A stretch of DNA of 10,216 nucleotides. It comes from Thermoanaerobaculia bacterium. GTDB lineage: Bacteria > Acidobacteriota > Thermoanaerobaculia > UBA5066. The position numbers and the translations under genes were made by a program. Shown piece by piece: positions 7,518 through 10,216 of the stretch (positions are counted from its first letter, which is position 1; each line of letters starts with the position of its first letter). A model generated the notes under the pieces. That model was not told the DNA's origin. It saw nothing but the letters and a program-made list of their open reading frames with translations, and searched no databases. The stretch lies in assembly GCA_038245905.1 (NCBI GenBank), contig JBBRRY010000056.1, forward strand, positions 1 through 10,216, given 5' to 3'.

Positions 7518-7523
7518 TAGAAT
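7518..7523 (+). promoter_or_regulatory. Candidate -10 element (TAGAAT) for the 7568 gene
   Basis: 5/6 match to TATAAT in the divergent intergenic region, 44 nt before the ATG. SD AAGGAG is at 7557-7562. No clear -35. Confidence 0.4.
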
Positions 7524-7567
7524 CAACGGTTGTTCACGCACGCTGTTCAGGAAACAAAGGAGCATTC

Positions 7568-8245
7568 ATGAAGGGAGTCGTTAAAAGCATGTTCGTGGCT
7601 GCCGCTCTGGCGGCGGCCCCGGCTTTCTCGCAGTTCGAGGGCCAGATCGACATGAAGATCACGGGCCAGGAAGGCATGACGGGCACGGGCAAGGTGTTCG
7701 TGTCGAAAGTGGGCTCGCGCACGGAGATGGACCTGGAGTCGGCGCGCATGCCGATGCACATGACGACCCTGATGAAGTTCTCGGCGCCGGATGTCATGTA
7801 CATCATCAACGACAAGGCGAGGACATACAGCGAAGTGGACACGAAAAAGGCGCGGGAGCAGGCCGCGAAGATGACGGGTGCGAAGGACAAAGATGCGTAT
7901 TCGATCAAGGTGCTCGGCTCCGAAAAGGTGCTCGGCTACTCCACGAAGCACGTCCTGCTCTCGCGCCCGGGCGACACGTCGGAGATGGAGGCATGGACGA
8001 CGACGGATCTCCTCGGACTGAGCTACGAGTCGATGAAGGGCCTCATGCGCCGCGGAGCCCAGGACGAGGGCTCCTTGATGAAGGCCCTCAAGGACGCCCG
8101 GGCCGAGGGCTTTTTCGTGAAGATGGTCACGCGCGAAAAGGGCAACACCGAGCCTCTGACCACGATGGAGCTCACGAAGGCCGAGAAGAAGTCTCTTCCA
8201 GCCTCGATGTTCGAGGTGCCCGCCGGCTACGCGAAGCAGGAGTAG
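7568..8245 (+). CDS. Secreted DUF4412-like protein
   Basis: Sec signal peptide (MKGVVKSMFVAAALAAAPAFSQ), then FEGQIDMKITG, IINDKARTYSEVD, GSEKVLGYSTKH and C-terminal LPASMFEVPAGY. This pattern recalls DUF4412 proteins. Good SD. Confidence 0.78.
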   Translation: MKGVVKSMFVAAALAAAPAFSQFEGQIDMKITGQEGMTGTGKVFVSKVGSRTEMDLESARMPMHMTTLMKFSAPDVMYIINDKARTYSEVDTKKAREQAAKMTGAKDKDAYSIKVLGSEKVLGYSTKHVLLSRPGDTSEMEAWTTTDLLGLSYESMKGLMRRGAQDEGSLMKALKDARAEGFFVKMVTREKGNTEPLTTMELTKAEKKSLPASMFEVPAGYAKQE

Positions 8246-8248
8246 CGG

Positions 8249-8806
8249 CTACTTCCGCCCCTTTTCGATGAACGGCAGGATGGCGCTGAATCCTGCCGCG
8301 CTGTTCCGGGAGTCGACGGAAATCTTGAGCTCGTGCCCGGCCGGTGCGGCCTTGCCGGTGATTCCCGGGTTGAAGCCGTAGAGGCTCCACGAGAATCCCT
8401 GCGGGCCTCCCGCCGGGAGGAGCTTGGGCCAGTGGTCGCCGGCGGGCGCGAGCTTCACGCCCTTGTCGTCCGCGGGCTGGAGCTTGACGGTCTTGTCGTT
8501 GCCCGGCTTGAGCTTGACGGTCTCCGATTCGCCGTTCACGGCCGCGGGATCCTTGGACGGAAAGCCGCGGGCCTCGGCGCCGGTCTTGCCCTTGAGCTGG
8601 CCTTCCTGCAAGAACCACATTTCGGCTGCGCCGCCGAAGCCCTTGTAGTGGATCTCGACGTCGTAGAGGCCGGCGATGAGCACGGACCCGTCGCCGAGCT
8701 TGACGCTCTCGGGCAGCGTGACGGCGGTCCGATAGGCGTTGAGCGCCGCGCCGGCGGCGCCCGCAAAGACGAGCAGCGAGGCCGCGAGGGCGAGTCGTAC
8801 CTTCAT
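8249..8806 (-). CDS. Secreted hypothetical protein with four internal 10-aa repeats
   Basis: SD AAAGGAG, signal peptide MKVRLALAASLLVFAGAAGA, host-like codon usage, and it fills the gap between its neighbours without overlap. No family recognised. Confidence 0.8.
   Translation of the reverse strand: MKVRLALAASLLVFAGAAGAALNAYRTAVTLPESVKLGDGSVLIAGLYDVEIHYKGFGGAAEMWFLQEGQLKGKTGAEARGFPSKDPAAVNGESETVKLKPGNDKTVKLQPADDKGVKLAPAGDHWPKLLPAGGPQGFSWSLYGFNPGITGKAAPAGHELKISVDSRNSAAGFSAILPFIEKGRK
8405..8524. repeat. 4 x 30-bp degenerate in-frame tandem repeat
   Basis: AGCTT recurs at 8421, 8451, 8481 and 8511. It encodes ETVKLKPGND / KTVKLQPADD / KGVKLAPAGD / HWPKLLPAGG. Confidence 0.85.
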
Positions 8807-8832
8807 AATCGATCTCCTTTGAATCGTATTCT

Positions 8833-10216
8833 ATGACCGCGCTCCTCGCCGCGTGCTTTTTCGTATCCGGAGCGGCCGGCCTCGTGTACGAGGTCCTCTG
8901 GTCGCGCCACCTCGCGCTCCTCTTCGGCGCGAACGCCGAGGCCGTGGGCCTCGTCCTCGCAGTGTTCATGAGCGGACTCGGACTCGGAAGTCGCGCGTTC
9001 GGCGCGCGCGCGGACCGCATGGCGAGGCCGCTCCTCCTGTATGCGGGCCTCGAGGCCGGGATCGGCGTCTTCGCTCTCGCGACGGGCCCGCTTCTCGCCG
9101 CCGTCGCGCGCGCGTTCCCCGCGCTCGCATCCGCGTTCGGCGGCGGTCCCGCGGCCGCTTCGGCGGCGAAGGCCCTCCTCGCGGCGGCCGTCCTGTTTCC
9201 GCCCGCGTTCCTGATGGGTGGGACGCTGCCGGCTCTCGCGAGGGCTCTCGCGGGCGAGAGCGCGCGGGCCCCGCGCGTCGTCTCGCTGCTCTACGCGGTC
9301 AATCTCGCGGGAGCCGTCCTCGGGGCCGCGGCGACGGGTTTCTTCCTCGTCGAGCATCTGGGTCTCGCCGCGACGATGCGGGCCGCGGCGGCGGCCGATC
9401 TCGTCGTCGCGGCGGCAGCCCTCTTCGCGTCGCGCGGGCCCGCATTCCGGCTGGAGGCGCGGCAGCCCACGCCGCCGGCGGCCGCTCCGCTGCCGCCGCG
9501 CGCGCGCGCCGCGCTCTTCACGGGCCTCTTTGCGTCCGGCGCGGTCTTCATGCTCGACGAGGTCGTCTTCACGCGACTGCTGTCTCTCGCGTTCGGCGTC
9601 TCGTCGTACTCGTTCACGCTCGTCCTCGTCCTGTGCCTCCTCGGGCTCGGGATCGGCGGGTTCGCGGCGTCGGCGCGGGCCGCCCGCGGGCCGGTCGGTC
9701 TCGCGGCCTTCGGGCGCGTGCAGCTCTTCGCGGCCGCGCTCCTCGGACTCGCGATGGCCGCGGTGCCTCTCGTCTCGCGGGCCCTCGCCTTCGCGCGTCA
9801 GGTGCCGGGCCTCGGGTTCGGTCCCTCCCTCGCCCTCAAGGCGGGTCTCGCGGCCGCGCTGATCCTGCCTTTCGCGGCGGTCGCGGGCGCCGGGATGCCG
9901 CTTCTTCTCGCGTTCGTCGCCGCGCGCCCGGGAGGCCTCGGGGCGTCCGTCGGACGGGCCGGGCTCGTCAACACTGCCGGTACGCTTCTCGGGAGTCTCG
10001 CGACGGGTTTCGTTCTCGTCACCCTTCTCGGATCGCAGGCGACGCTCCGCCTCGGCGCCCTCGGGAGCCTCATCACGGGGCTCCTCGCGCTCGCGGTTGC
10101 GCGCGGCCGGCCCGGCGCGGGCGCGACGGCCGCGGTCTTCGCGCTCGCCCTCGGAATTCTCCTCGTTCCCCGCTGGCCCGACTGGGTCTTCCTGCGGTCC
10201 GACACGTACCCGCGGC
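8833..10216 (+). CDS. Large integral membrane protein, N-terminal part of a probable fused MFS/spermidine synthase-like protein; runs off the window
   Basis: Frame 1 is open from ATG 8833 to the window end (an in-frame TAA at 8806 excludes earlier starts). It reads MTALLAACFFVSGAAGLVYEVLWSRHLALLFG...VLAVFMSGLGLGS...YAGLEAGIG...PAFLMGGTLP...LYAVNLAGAVLG, with a second repeat FASGAVFMLDEVVFTRLLSLAFGVSSYSFTLVL...VNTAGTLLGSLATGF. The catalytic domain is not visible. Confidence 0.85.
   Translation, partial: MTALLAACFFVSGAAGLVYEVLWSRHLALLFGANAEAVGLVLAVFMSGLGLGSRAFGARADRMARPLLLYAGLEAGIGVFALATGPLLAAVARAFPALASAFGGGPAAASAAKALLAAAVLFPPAFLMGGTLPALARALAGESARAPRVVSLLYAVNLAGAVLGAAATGFFLVEHLGLAATMRAAAAADLVVAAAALFASRGPAFRLEARQPTPPAAAPLPPRARAALFTGLFASGAVFMLDEVVFTRLLSLAFGVSSYSFTLVLVLCLLGLGIGGFAASARAARGPVGLAAFGRVQLFAAALLGLAMAAVPLVSRALAFARQVPGLGFGPSLALKAGLAAALILPFAAVAGAGMPLLLAFVAARPGGLGASVGRAGLVNTAGTLLGSLATGFVLVTLLGSQATLRLGALGSLITGLLALAVARGRPGAGATAAVFALALGILLVPRWPDWVFLRSDTYPR

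Noticed and set aside
5138-7584. Long plus-strand ORFs 5138-6355 and 6562-7584 and alternate-frame minus ORF 5544-6551
   Set aside because: They overlap the clearly identified rfbA and rfbB genes and show no family signal.
8405-8524. 30-bp periodicity as a CRISPR array
   Set aside because: Degenerate in-frame coding repeats without unique spacers, and no cas genes in the window.
8803-10205. ORFs 8803-9357 (-), 9218-9862 (+), 9291-9617 (-) and 9798-10205 (-)
   Set aside because: Shadow frames of the membrane-protein gene starting at 8833.

Overview
High-GC bacterial DNA, read by eye without database searches. 1-1437 is the right part of an IS1202-family (formerly ISNCY) insertion sequence. 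Its DDE transposase is broken by two -1 frameshifts, and its right end (two GACATTTCTA repeats, terminal ...TTGACA) is intact. The IS landed in the last codons of a universal stress protein gene and supplies that gene's stop codon. Next is a small stress/oxygen cluster: usp and a CBS-pair protein with a Lys-rich tail on -, and a divergent hemerythrin on +. A four-gene minus-strand run follows: rfbB, rfbA, a twin-arginine-signal NAD(P)-binding SDR, and an NTT/ATP-ADP-translocase-like MFS transporter, with no rmlC or rmlD in the window. The window ends with a secreted DUF4412-like protein, a secreted hypothetical protein with four 10-aa repeats, and the 5' part of a large membrane protein resembling fused MFS/spermidine synthases (missing from the ORF track). 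The best candidate for an undescribed system is the Tat-SDR plus nucleotide-translocase-like pair behind rfbBA, but this is inference only.
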